IMG/VR virus record: IMGVR_UViG_3300035501_000778
Location: 3,717 to 67,716 of that record
DNA: 64,000 nt
DNA from: a virus
Strand: one strand, 5' to 3'
The position numbers were made by a program, and so were the translations under genes. Under the pieces are notes generated by a model. That model did not search any database. It saw only the letters and a list, made by a program, of their open reading frames with translations, and was not told the DNA's origin. Shown here piece by piece: positions 39,812-49,388 of this stretch. Numbering within the stretch: position 1 is the stretch's first letter; every line of letters begins with the position of its first letter.

Positions 39812-40416
39812 TATAGCAGGCGTGTAATTTCGCTTGCGAGTTTGAAATAATTCGAAAGGTGCGGATCTCAATCGTAATTGGCGCAAAAAACCAGAAAGGG
39901 CCTAAAAACCTCGGTTGTGGTACTAATTGAATTAAAGTAGGGCGAAATGTGACCCTTGTAAATAATTGTAGGCAGTTGTACACTTATATGGCTGTAATTC
40001 AATATCTTGTGCATTAATGGCTTCATGCGAATGACGTACATTTTGCCGTCGTCTTTGGTGATTTCAGGCGTGGAAAAACCTCTGGCGGCTTCTAAGGTAG
40101 ATATTGTGCTCATATCCAGAGGGATATGAGATAACTAAGGTAGTGACCCGATTCTGTGCAGGCGTGTATGGTTTTGCGTGTGGTGCTCCCTGAAACAATT
40201 AAGTTGCAAGTAAAATGTAGGTTTTTGCAGTCAAAAGGTATGTTATTCCTGGGCATTAGCTGTAGCGCACACGTGTGGCGACACGTGGAGTATCTTATAG
40301 CGACGTTTGTGCGTCGTTAAATAGGCTCTTAGGCACAAAGCGTCTATACTCTGCTCCGATAGGGGTGGAGTATAGGGTAGCAATATTGCTAAAAAACAAT
40401 TAAAATCTATAAGATT
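39765..40416 (+). ncRNA. Candidate large structured RNA or leader (~650 nt)
   Basis: No convincing + strand ORF; several hairpins with G-U pairs. Confidence 0.5.
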
Positions 40417-41052
40417 ATGGCTAAAAAATTTGAAATCTCTTGTGTTGAAGCATCTAAGTCTATTAACGAAGAAATGCGCTCTTTTGAGGGTGCTGTCAAG
40501 GTACTCGTTATGTTCGCTCGTACTAATAAACAGGTCCAATTATTCCTTATTGAGCGTGGTATCACTGACCTCAACTTCTTCCGCGAAAAAGACGCCAGTG
40601 GCGCGCTCGCTTGCAAGGCTAAGCTCTATCAGTTCAGCAAGCTGGCTACATTCGTCAATGACCGCGGCGAATCCTATCAGGAGCTGTGCAGTGTTAGCAA
40701 GGATGGCACTATCAAGCAAGCTCGTTGGACCATTCGTAAGGTTCTGGATGCTGTACACAAGCGCTATAAAGGTGAATTTTCCAACCAGGAAAAGGGTGTA
40801 CGTGCCATGTTAGCAAAAGAGCAGTCTATCAATGAGGCTGCCCCCGCGGTCAAGGCTGCCCCCGCGGTCAAGGCTGCTATTGCAACGAAGCCTAAAAAGG
40901 TGAAAATTACTTTGACCGATGATGAAAAGATTGAAGCTTTGGCTTCTTGGATGACCAGAACAGGTAAGACCGAGGTTAGCAAGGTCCAACTGGAGTGTAT
41001 CTTGAACGCGGCTTTGGCAAGAAAAGCAAAGCAGTTGAAAGAGGCTTGTTAA
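40417..41052 (+). CDS. Hypothetical early protein
   Basis: 211 aa, A-rich start context. Confidence 0.7.
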   Translation: MAKKFEISCVEASKSINEEMRSFEGAVKVLVMFARTNKQVQLFLIERGITDLNFFREKDASGALACKAKLYQFSKLATFVNDRGESYQELCSVSKDGTIKQARWTIRKVLDAVHKRYKGEFSNQEKGVRAMLAKEQSINEAAPAVKAAPAVKAAIATKPKKVKITLTDDEKIEALASWMTRTGKTEVSKVQLECILNAALARKAKQLKEAC

Positions 41053-41109
41053 TTGGTTATTGTGTGTTACGAATCGAATTAGAAATAATTAAATTTAGGA
41101 GGATTAAGA

Positions 41110-41598
41110 ATGAATTTATCAGAATTACTCGCAAGTGCAAAGGCTGTTGCTGCATCTAACAGCAAATTAGTATCTAACAAAAATAAGGCTATCCAATCAC
41201 AGCCCAAGACTGACTCGGTGAGAGAGCGCGCTGCTGCGCTGCTCCGCCAGTTTAACGCTATCGAATCTGCGCCTGTAATGACTATTTGCAAGGCGCAAGA
41301 AGTAAAGCCTACCGCAAAGAAGTCCAAAAAGACTTCCAAGACCACCAAGGCAAAGCGTTCAGTATCTCGTATCCCAGAGATACCCGAATCAATGGGCGAA
41401 TATTTGGACGTTCACGTATGTGATTATAGCGACAAGTCCTTTGTTGTGTATGGTGAAACAAAGCCTATCAAGAATGTGCTGAAGGCGCTCGGTGGTCGCT
41501 TTAATGCGTTCCTCCGTCCGAATAATAGCGAAACGTGTGTACCTGGCTGGGTATTCCCTATTAAATGTCGTGAAGCCGTAGAGGAAGCAATATCATAA
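41110..41598 (+). CDS. Basic protein with C-terminal DYSxK..GxTKPIK..GGRxN..GWVFP domain
   Basis: Domain shared with 44248..44910. Confidence 0.75.
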   Translation: MNLSELLASAKAVAASNSKLVSNKNKAIQSQPKTDSVRERAAALLRQFNAIESAPVMTICKAQEVKPTAKKSKKTSKTTKAKRSVSRIPEIPESMGEYLDVHVCDYSDKSFVVYGETKPIKNVLKALGGRFNAFLRPNNSETCVPGWVFPIKCREAVEEAIS

Positions 41599-41626
41599 AT
41601 TAATCATAAACAAGGAGGATAAAAAG

Positions 41627-41893
41627 ATGAAAGAAACGTATTTGGTCACTGTATCAAGTGTGATAATTCTGAATGGAGAGGTAATTAGTCTTAATAACGG
41701 CTTTGCAAAGGAGTACACTCCTAAGCCTGACTGGTGGATAGACCAGTTTGGCCAGACGTTGAAAGATGGTGGATACCACTATGTTGGAGAGAAAGAATCT
41801 GATAACTACAAGCAGGTTATTTACGCCGACGAAGATATGAAAGTGTACTTCCATATCGACGCTACACCATTGAGAATATTAACCCAAAAATAA
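41627..41893 (+). CDS. Hypothetical protein
   Basis: GGAGGAT upstream. Confidence 0.6.
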   Translation: MKETYLVTVSSVIILNGEVISLNNGFAKEYTPKPDWWIDQFGQTLKDGGYHYVGEKESDNYKQVIYADEDMKVYFHIDATPLRILTQK

Positions 41894-41906
41894 GGAGGAT
41901 AAAATC

Positions 41907-42242
41907 GTGAAAGATTATCTTATCATTGACCCGGCATTGTGCGCGATAGCGCGCAATCTGGGCAGCCACCTCTATGATGGTGGCAAGTATGCAGTCTATG
42001 CCCATACCCCACGTATCATGATGGTGACGGGTCTTATCTGTGGTCGTGCGATACGTATGTGCGTGGAACACGACTCCGTGCGTATCTATGGAGGCTATGG
42101 CGAGAGCCATACCCCTATGGGTGTAGCATTGTTGCATAAGGTGTACCGCAAGGTGCAGGACTATCTGAGCAGCAAGACGCTCGGATGGTCCGTATTGTTT
42201 AATCCGTTCGACCTCGATATGTATATCGAGCAGAGCAAGTAA
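41907..42242 (+). CDS. Hypothetical protein
   Basis: GGAGGAT upstream, GTG start. Confidence 0.55.
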   Translation: MKDYLIIDPALCAIARNLGSHLYDGGKYAVYAHTPRIMMVTGLICGRAIRMCVEHDSVRIYGGYGESHTPMGVALLHKVYRKVQDYLSSKTLGWSVLFNPFDLDMYIEQSK

Positions 42243-42265
42243 TTAACCCTATAAATTAGAGTAAG

Positions 42266-42631
42266 ATGATTAGAAAAATTGAGAGAGAGGCTTTCTGTAA
42301 TTTTCTGGCCTCTCGCAAGCAGGAAGTGCGTATATATATCGCGTGTGAGGCTATGAACTGGATGTATAATAATTGCGACGACGACGTCTGCTATGACTAT
42401 AATCGCCGTACGGGTCTTGTGACTATGTACACCTGGAATGACGACGAATTTGATTGGGACGAATCCGTCTATACCAGAGATGAGTTCCTCGAAATGTTCG
42501 AGGATTCAGGATATATCGACGTCTTATATGACGCTACGGACATGACTTCCGAAGGCCTGTCACAAGTCTATCCTATCTTTGCGTCGGTATATCGTCGCTG
42601 GATGAAGAGTGAGTATAAAGAAATTGCATAA
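42266..42631 (+). CDS. Acidic hypothetical protein
   Basis: 121 aa. Confidence 0.65.
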   Translation: MIRKIEREAFCNFLASRKQEVRIYIACEAMNWMYNNCDDDVCYDYNRRTGLVTMYTWNDDEFDWDESVYTRDEFLEMFEDSGYIDVLYDATDMTSEGLSQVYPIFASVYRRWMKSEYKEIA

Positions 42632-42650
42632 TCAATAAAACCATATCAAG

Positions 42651-43016
42651 ATGAAAAATATCATCAAGCTGTTGGCGTGCGTATCCATGTTGGTATGCAC
42701 GTCTTGTACCTCTAACGAGGATCTGTATAATCTGGAGTGTAGAATCAATCATTGTCACGCTATTCACAAGCCGTGCAAGTTAGAAGAGCGTGACTTTCGC
42801 GAGGCCTATGCCGACCTTACCCCCAAGGAGAGAGCCGACTATAAGCGCTATCGCAAGGCTCAGGAGGTCAAGAAGGCAGCGCGCAGAGCAGCCATGCGTG
42901 AGGCGGACGGCATACTCAACGAGGGCCGTCCAGAGCGTAAGATGCCAGCGCAGGATACGCTCCAGTCTATCAAGCCTATGGCAGGCTTTCAGCTTGCTCA
43001 TTATAACGTAAAATAA
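42651..43016 (+). CDS. Probable lipoprotein
   Basis: MKNIIKLLACVSMLVCTSC lipobox-like. Confidence 0.6.
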   Translation: MKNIIKLLACVSMLVCTSCTSNEDLYNLECRINHCHAIHKPCKLEERDFREAYADLTPKERADYKRYRKAQEVKKAARRAAMREADGILNEGRPERKMPAQDTLQSIKPMAGFQLAHYNVK

Positions 43017-43025
43017 GATTTGGTT

Positions 43026-43871
43026 ATGGGTGTAAATATTAATCGTGGGAATTATGCCTTTCTTCACGGCTCAATACCTTACGAGGAATTAAAAAACTTC
43101 GAGCCGAAAGTTAAGCCAATCATCTTATTTAAGCAGTTTAAGTTACGACTGGATAAAGATGGAAACAACCTATCTCAAGGAATAGTATTCCCTTTATACG
43201 TAAGAACGTGTAATGAAAACTCGCATGGTTTACCCTCTGGATTGAAATTGGGAGTCTGGTACAAAAGTGGAGTAGGAGAGTGTTGGATTAACGTCAAGAA
43301 CGGAAGACTCTATACGAAGGGAAAAGGTTATTGCACAGACGGCAATAAGTTAGAGTATCTTGCTTATAGACCTGGGTGGCATTTGACAAACACCCCTTGG
43401 TCGAACCAAAGAGGTGCGGTGAGAGTAGCAAATGGCAATAAAGGAACCGGAAGTAATTTTATATATACTCGCTCATCTGAAGTATGGGGAGTCGTCGAGG
43501 CTTGTATAGATATAGATGCAACAGAGAAAGCTAAGTCGTTATCTACAAGCAAGAAGGACCAGTGTTTGCAAAGTTTAGGTGACAGTGAATTCTATATATA
43601 CAAGACTAACGAGAATGCAACCAAAGAGCAGATTTGGTATATCGTTGATAAGATTAGAGTCGTGAAAATACTTGACGATGATTCGGTCGACTCTATAAAC
43701 GATTCATTCTACGAAACACTATCTAAAGAAAGTGGAAGATGTATTGAGTCTGACCCATATCACTATAGTCGAATGAATAGTGATGGCATTCCATATTGGA
43801 AGATGCCGAGAGAGAACGGAGTTAGATATACTCAACAAGATTTAGTTCGTATGGGATATTGCCAGATGTAA
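43026..43871 (+). CDS. Low-GC hypothetical protein
   Basis: LAYRPGWHL motif; composition differs from neighbours. Confidence 0.7.
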   Translation: MGVNINRGNYAFLHGSIPYEELKNFEPKVKPIILFKQFKLRLDKDGNNLSQGIVFPLYVRTCNENSHGLPSGLKLGVWYKSGVGECWINVKNGRLYTKGKGYCTDGNKLEYLAYRPGWHLTNTPWSNQRGAVRVANGNKGTGSNFIYTRSSEVWGVVEACIDIDATEKAKSLSTSKKDQCLQSLGDSEFYIYKTNENATKEQIWYIVDKIRVVKILDDDSVDSINDSFYETLSKESGRCIESDPYHYSRMNSDGIPYWKMPRENGVRYTQQDLVRMGYCQM

Positions 43872-43931
43872 TACCCATCAGTCAATAACAATTTAATCGG
43901 CTGACCTATCGGCCGTTAAACGGGGAAAGAT

Positions 43932-44207
43932 ATGACAGAAAAAATTGACGAATGGTATGACCGCGTACTTCCGGTCATGCAGCGCAATGTGCGCATTATT
44001 GTAGCAATCACGCGTATTATCCTGTTCTCGTGTTACATGAGCATGGGTCTGTACTACGCCTATCAGATAGCCTATTGCTATCAGAGTTTCATCACCTATA
44101 TAGCATCCGTATGTTTGATGCTGGCCACCTATCGTTTCGGAAAGATAGGTGCGCGAGGCCTGGCCTATGGTCTTGGCCGAGAGATAATCAGAGGCTTTAG
44201 AGATTAA
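43932..44207 (+). CDS. Small membrane protein
   Basis: Two hydrophobic segments. Confidence 0.55.
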   Translation: MTEKIDEWYDRVLPVMQRNVRIIVAITRIILFSCYMSMGLYYAYQIAYCYQSFITYIASVCLMLATYRFGKIGARGLAYGLGREIIRGFRD

Positions 44208-44247
44208 TTTATTACACAATATAAACCCTAAAATTGGAGGATAAAAA

Positions 44248-44910
44248 ATGAACATCAAGAATCAGTTTGCAGGAATCCTGTCGGCCAACAAGGCCACAAC
44301 CGTCAACGCAGCCCCCGCTGCAAGTGTTAAACCCAATCAAGTCACCCCCGTGCCCATCGTAGACGCGGAGGTAGAAGTCATCGAGGATGACGATGACCCT
44401 ATTCCCACACCGCAGCCACAGCCTGCGCCTACCCCACAGCCGTCGGCAGAGTCCGTCAAGGTATCATCCTTGCGTGCCCGATTGGCAGCCAAGCGCCAGT
44501 CTATCGCCGATATGCAGGCAGCGCACGCAAAGGAGCAGATAGCCACTACACCTATCACACCCAAGCCACAGCCAGCAGCCCCCAAGGCGACTGCCCAGCC
44601 CGCTCCCAAGGCAGCGCCCAAGCCAGCCTATAAGCCACGTAAGGCAGCACCCACTACACGTGCTAAGGTAGCACCCACCCCAGTCAATCTCCCAGACCCG
44701 TCAACTATCAAGTTGAAGTTGGTCGATTACAGCGAGAAGTGCATCGCAGTATTTGGTGACACCAAGCCTATCAAGGACGTCATCAAGCAAGCAGGCGGAC
44801 GCTATAATCCCTCCCTCCATCCAGGTGGATGCGAAGAGAAGGTCGAAGGCTGGGTCTTCCCCAGCAAGGATAGAGAGAAAGTCGAATCAGCATTAGCCAA
44901 GTACCTCTAA
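44248..44910 (+). CDS. Pro/Ala-rich protein with same C-terminal domain as 41110..41598
   Basis: VDYSEKCIAVFGDTKPIKDVIKQAGGRYN...GWVFP. Confidence 0.75.
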   Translation: MNIKNQFAGILSANKATTVNAAPAASVKPNQVTPVPIVDAEVEVIEDDDDPIPTPQPQPAPTPQPSAESVKVSSLRARLAAKRQSIADMQAAHAKEQIATTPITPKPQPAAPKATAQPAPKAAPKPAYKPRKAAPTTRAKVAPTPVNLPDPSTIKLKLVDYSEKCIAVFGDTKPIKDVIKQAGGRYNPSLHPGGCEEKVEGWVFPSKDREKVESALAKYL

Positions 44911-45018
44911 TCCCCAACCCACAATCATCCCGACGATACCCCCCCTATCTATCGTCGGGATGTTTTGTAATCCCCAATCAAATAAAATCAAACAACAACC
45001 CGATAAATATAAATCATT

Positions 45019-45933
45019 ATGCAGACAAAAGAATATATCGACGCAACCGTAGGAATCAACGAAACAGGCAATCAACTCTTCGACTTCGACACCAAGAAAG
45101 TACAGACGCTCACTATCGACCAGTTGGAGCGCACCACACGAGAGCATGACGCTCTCGGCAACCCTATCATGGGTATCTATCACTGCGACCTCCTTCGCCA
45201 GCTCGAAGAGATGGCCCACCAAAGCGGACTCTCTATCGAGTACGACGAAATCTTCGCTGCCAATGGAGGCTCCGCAGGCAGTCCTGGAGTAGCCGTACTC
45301 CCCAACGTGGAGGAACGATACGGCGAGCGAGCCATCGAGGCTCACATCCTCCGCAGAGTCTATGCGAATATGGTGATCCGCGATTTCGATACGCAGGAAC
45401 TCACCACCCAGTTGGCGGTATCCTTCCACCAAGAGGGTATTCAGATAGGCTTCGGCAACCAGGTCCGTATCTGCCACAACCTGACGATGCTTAGCCCGAC
45501 GCTGTCCGCCTCCACCTTCGGCAAGGACCGCGTGGATATACCTCGCCTCTTGCAGGTCGTCCGCACGTGGCTCGACAATGCCGGCTATCATATCCAGGCG
45601 GACCGCGTGCAGATTGAGCAGATGAAGAATATCGCTGTCACCTATCATCAGAGTCTGATGATGCTGGGTGCCCTCTCCGTGCAGCGAGTCCGCCACGACA
45701 CTCGCAACCGCATTATCCGTGCGTCAGAGGACTATCCGCTGAACAGCGCACAGATTAATCGCCTCACGGAATCGTTGGAGGTCATCTACAATCAGAATGG
45801 CTACGACGCTATCTCCCTGTGGGCGTGGTACAATGCAGCCACCGAGTTGCACAAGGCAGGACGCACCGATATACCTGCTATCATGCCACAGAATTTAGCT
45901 CTCGCCTCATTCATTAACGGCATGATAGGCTAA
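45019..45933 (+). CDS. DUF932-like protein
   Basis: GIQIGFGNQVRICHNL and SLWAWYNAATE motifs. Confidence 0.65.
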   Translation: MQTKEYIDATVGINETGNQLFDFDTKKVQTLTIDQLERTTREHDALGNPIMGIYHCDLLRQLEEMAHQSGLSIEYDEIFAANGGSAGSPGVAVLPNVEERYGERAIEAHILRRVYANMVIRDFDTQELTTQLAVSFHQEGIQIGFGNQVRICHNLTMLSPTLSASTFGKDRVDIPRLLQVVRTWLDNAGYHIQADRVQIEQMKNIAVTYHQSLMMLGALSVQRVRHDTRNRIIRASEDYPLNSAQINRLTESLEVIYNQNGYDAISLWAWYNAATELHKAGRTDIPAIMPQNLALASFINGMIG

Positions 45934-45979
45934 TCCCGAAAAGGTTCGTCGCAAGGGGGTTCGATTCCCCCTTCGGGAA
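45934..45979 (+). other. tRNA-like minihelix (acceptor stem plus T arm)
   Basis: TCCCGAA/TTCGGGA and GGGGG-TTCGATT-CCCCC. Confidence 0.55.
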
Positions 45980-46007
45980 CAAGTTAAACCATTAAACATT
46001 AAATCAA

Positions 46008-48932
46008 ATGGATAAAATCATCTATCAGAAATTAGCGGAGAAAGCCAAGGAAGTCTTCGCGTTAGACATGATAGTGCCGGAGGGTTCCTACTCCACCATG
46101 AAGCTCTGCACCATGATGGCCCCAGCCGTCAAGGCCTATCTCAAGGAGTGCATCAAATTCCGTGAGCGTACGGACTACACGATGGAGCCTGTCACTATCC
46201 CTTACATGAAAGCCGAAGCGTTCACCGAGGTGGTCACTATCGACTTCTGGTATTCACCCTCGATGGACGAAGAGGTTGCCCACTACGACGACAATCCCGA
46301 ACACGTTCACTTCAAGTGTTCCATCCTTAAAGGTCGTATCTTCGAGAAGTTGCGCAAGTTTGAAACCAAGGTGCCTACCGAGTGTCATATGCGTTTCTCG
46401 GCCTCCAAATATCGTTCCCCTTCCGAGTTGCCCTTGTTGTCATACAAGTTCTATCCCCAGTCCTATCATAAGGACGTCGCCTATGCCATTAAGAATTGCG
46501 ACCCGGAATATCGCACGGCTGATAAAATCTTCCTCGATGCGTGTCGCCACAATGTGGTAGCCACCGACGGCCACGTGATGACCGTCCAGACTATCGTAGT
46601 CACGGACTTGCTGAAGGTCGACGACAAGGCAAATCTCTTAATCCCGAAAGATACATGGCTGGAAATGTGTAAGCATGGAGGCTGCCACAATGTGGATATC
46701 TATCAAGATAAGGGAGGCAACCACTTCACCGCCGTTATCACCGACGATACGGACCACGTCTACACCTTCGAGAATCTCTACATCTTCCCTGCCTATCAGA
46801 GCGTCCTCTGTCGGGAAATCAATCTCGATGCCGTCATGACTTTCACCCTCGAATCCATGAGGTCACTCCGCTCCGCCGTAAGGTCTTATTGCAAGATCTA
46901 TGGCAAGAACGTCAGTTTCCAGCCAGGCATCGAATTGCTTACCAAGGGAGGCAGCGATGCAGTCACGGCTATCTTCTACGATATGGAAACGGAGTCCGAG
47001 GTAAGCCGAGTGAATTTGCAATTAGAAAGCCCTGCCTTCGACACCCTTGCCCCGCTCTTCAAGTCAGAGTACCTGGTCGATATGCCCGATTGGGATGGTC
47101 GAATCTATGTGCCCGGCAGGGATAAGCCAGTGTATTTCGGCCTCAAATATGGAGGCTTACACTATCTGATGCCACGCTACAGAGAGTCCTATCAGCCCGA
47201 GAGAGAGTGGCAGATAAGCGTCGGCAAGATGAGTCCGTTCACCGACGCCTTCGAGATACACGTCAACGACCAATCCCAATTTACCGACTATGAGCGAGAG
47301 CAAGAATCCGCCTTCCTTGAATGGAAAGGCAAGCCCTCACCCAAAGTCACCCCCGTAAAATCAACAGAAACAACAACCACTAAAACCCCTTCAAAGGAGA
47401 AGGATAATATCACGATTATGAGTACATCAAACAACGGAGCTTATACGCTCGAAAACATCGAAGCAGGCAAGTATGCAGTATCAGTAGCGTCCACCGACGA
47501 GATGGACCGCCTCACTATCCGTAGCATCGCTCACTATATCAGAGAGCAGGCGGTTATCCACGGCAACGACCCCGACTTCAAACTCCAGTCCCAGTTCATC
47601 ACCGCTTTCGGCAAGCGTGTGATTGCGGACAAGAAACCTATCCCCCTCACCGAGGAAGAACTGACCTACTACATGACCGCAGCCCTCGTAGAGGATTGCG
47701 GAGTGGAGGACATCCCCGACTATACCGAAGACGAGTTGAACGGCCCTGTGTATCGAGTGCCGCAGCCTGCCCCCACACCGCAGCCTGCCCCCGCTCCCAA
47801 GCCAGAGCAACCCAAGCCAGAGCAACCCAAGCAGGAGCAACCCAAGCAGGAGCAACCCAAGCAACCCACCCTTACCCAGCGTGAGCGCCCCAAGTCCTTC
47901 GCTCTCACCGGCACCTTCCCTATCAAGCGTGCCCTGGTCCAAGAGTTGATGGAGGCCAAGGGTTGGAAATATTACCAGAATATAACTCTCGAAACGGGAG
48001 TGCTCTTCAATGCTGCCGACGACCGCGCATCATCCAAGTGTACGAGAGCCTTGGAGTACCGCGTCCCTATCCTTGGGGTGGGGGATATGTATCCCATCAT
48101 CGGGGTGTCAGACTCTACACCCGAATCATGGATGGCAGCCTATCAAGCAGCCTGCGCACCGCAACCCAAGCAGGAGCAACCCAAGCAAGAGCAGCCCAAG
48201 CAGGAGCAGCCCAAGCAAGAGCAGCCCAAACAAGAACAGCCCAAACAAGAGCAGCCCAAGCAGGAGGCTGTCAAGCCAGCTCGCAAGCCGTCCGATGGAA
48301 CTATCCGTCGTATGTATGATAATCTCACCCTCACCTACCAGGATATGGTGATGCTCTTCCGTGATGTCATTCCAGGATACTATGGTGCCATCTTCGAGGA
48401 TGCTTATCTCTTGGGTCAGTACCGCCACGTCCCCACGATTGAGGACTCCGGTTTCCCGATGGTCTGCTTCAAGACCGATGAGTTGGAGGACACTATCAGC
48501 ACGCTGATTAATAACGGCAAGCGTATTGTCTTCCTCGATTGGAACGACTTTGCTCCCGCCGAGCCTGCCGATGCCGAGCAACCCACCGCCGTAGAGCAGG
48601 AGGCAGCACCCTCCACCCCTGCCGAGGTCGCCGAGGATGAGCCTATCAAGTTGACTCGCGCCACCCTTCGTTATCAAGACCGACTGATTAAGGCGGTCCG
48701 TATCTCGATGGGCGATGACGATGCCGCCCTCACCGTCTGCGGTCTGTCATGGGTCAACGTCCTTCTCGACGACAACAGCGCCCCCAGCAATGAGCGAGCA
48801 AGAGAGGTATTCAATAGCATCGACGCCTTCATCTCCGATTCGCTGATAGATGCCGAGGTGATGGATGAATCCGCTATCGTCCTCGCCACCGATGAGTTCC
48901 TCAATATCGTAGAGCAGCGTCGCGCTGAATAA
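46008..48932 (+). CDS. Multidomain protein: beta-clamp-like, BRCT-like, MutS domain I-like
   Basis: VATDGH..FPAYQSVL; FALTGTFPIKR..SSKCTRA..VPIL; MVMLFR..YY..FEDA..PMVCF..LINNGKRIV; PKQEQ linkers. Confidence 0.65.
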   Translation: MDKIIYQKLAEKAKEVFALDMIVPEGSYSTMKLCTMMAPAVKAYLKECIKFRERTDYTMEPVTIPYMKAEAFTEVVTIDFWYSPSMDEEVAHYDDNPEHVHFKCSILKGRIFEKLRKFETKVPTECHMRFSASKYRSPSELPLLSYKFYPQSYHKDVAYAIKNCDPEYRTADKIFLDACRHNVVATDGHVMTVQTIVVTDLLKVDDKANLLIPKDTWLEMCKHGGCHNVDIYQDKGGNHFTAVITDDTDHVYTFENLYIFPAYQSVLCREINLDAVMTFTLESMRSLRSAVRSYCKIYGKNVSFQPGIELLTKGGSDAVTAIFYDMETESEVSRVNLQLESPAFDTLAPLFKSEYLVDMPDWDGRIYVPGRDKPVYFGLKYGGLHYLMPRYRESYQPEREWQISVGKMSPFTDAFEIHVNDQSQFTDYEREQESAFLEWKGKPSPKVTPVKSTETTTTKTPSKEKDNITIMSTSNNGAYTLENIEAGKYAVSVASTDEMDRLTIRSIAHYIREQAVIHGNDPDFKLQSQFITAFGKRVIADKKPIPLTEEELTYYMTAALVEDCGVEDIPDYTEDELNGPVYRVPQPAPTPQPAPAPKPEQPKPEQPKQEQPKQEQPKQPTLTQRERPKSFALTGTFPIKRALVQELMEAKGWKYYQNITLETGVLFNAADDRASSKCTRALEYRVPILGVGDMYPIIGVSDSTPESWMAAYQAACAPQPKQEQPKQEQPKQEQPKQEQPKQEQPKQEQPKQEAVKPARKPSDGTIRRMYDNLTLTYQDMVMLFRDVIPGYYGAIFEDAYLLGQYRHVPTIEDSGFPMVCFKTDELEDTISTLINNGKRIVFLDWNDFAPAEPADAEQPTAVEQEAAPSTPAEVAEDEPIKLTRATLRYQDRLIKAVRISMGDDDAALTVCGLSWVNVLLDDNSAPSNERAREVFNSIDAFISDSLIDAEVMDESAIVLATDEFLNIVEQRRAE

Positions 48933-48971
48933 ATAAAATCAAACAACAAACCACTTAAAAAGTAGGATAAA

Positions 48972-49388
48972 ATGGAAACAGCAATCAAAACTTATCTCGA
49001 CAATTTCGCAGCCACCGATGCGGTGTTTGCTGCCAAGTATGCCAACCCTTCCAAGTCGCTCAACGGGTGCTTGGATTACGTCACCAGTCAGGCACAGCGC
49101 CGTGCCTTGAAACAGAAAGTCAACGGTATCTATATCTCCGACCAGGAGGTATATGGCTGGGCCGTCCACTACTACGACGAACCCGACGTCCAGCCTGCTG
49201 CCGAGGGTGCCGATGACGACGACCTTCCCGAGTTGGTATCCGTCCCCAAGAAAAAGAAATCCGCCCCTGCTGCCAAGCCCAACGCGTTTGCGCTGGCAGC
49301 AAAGGCGCAGGCGGACAAGGCCCATGCCGCCCAGTCCGTAGAGAGTGAATCCTATCAGTTGTCTATCGAAGATATTATGCGTCCATGA
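48972..49388 (+). CDS. PcfK-like protein (family that includes AcrIIA9)
   Basis: IKTYLD..D.VFAAKY.NP.KSL..CLDY, SDQEVYGWAVHYYDE. Confidence 0.85.
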   Translation: METAIKTYLDNFAATDAVFAAKYANPSKSLNGCLDYVTSQAQRRALKQKVNGIYISDQEVYGWAVHYYDEPDVQPAAEGADDDDLPELVSVPKKKKSAPAAKPNAFALAAKAQADKAHAAQSVESESYQLSIEDIMRP

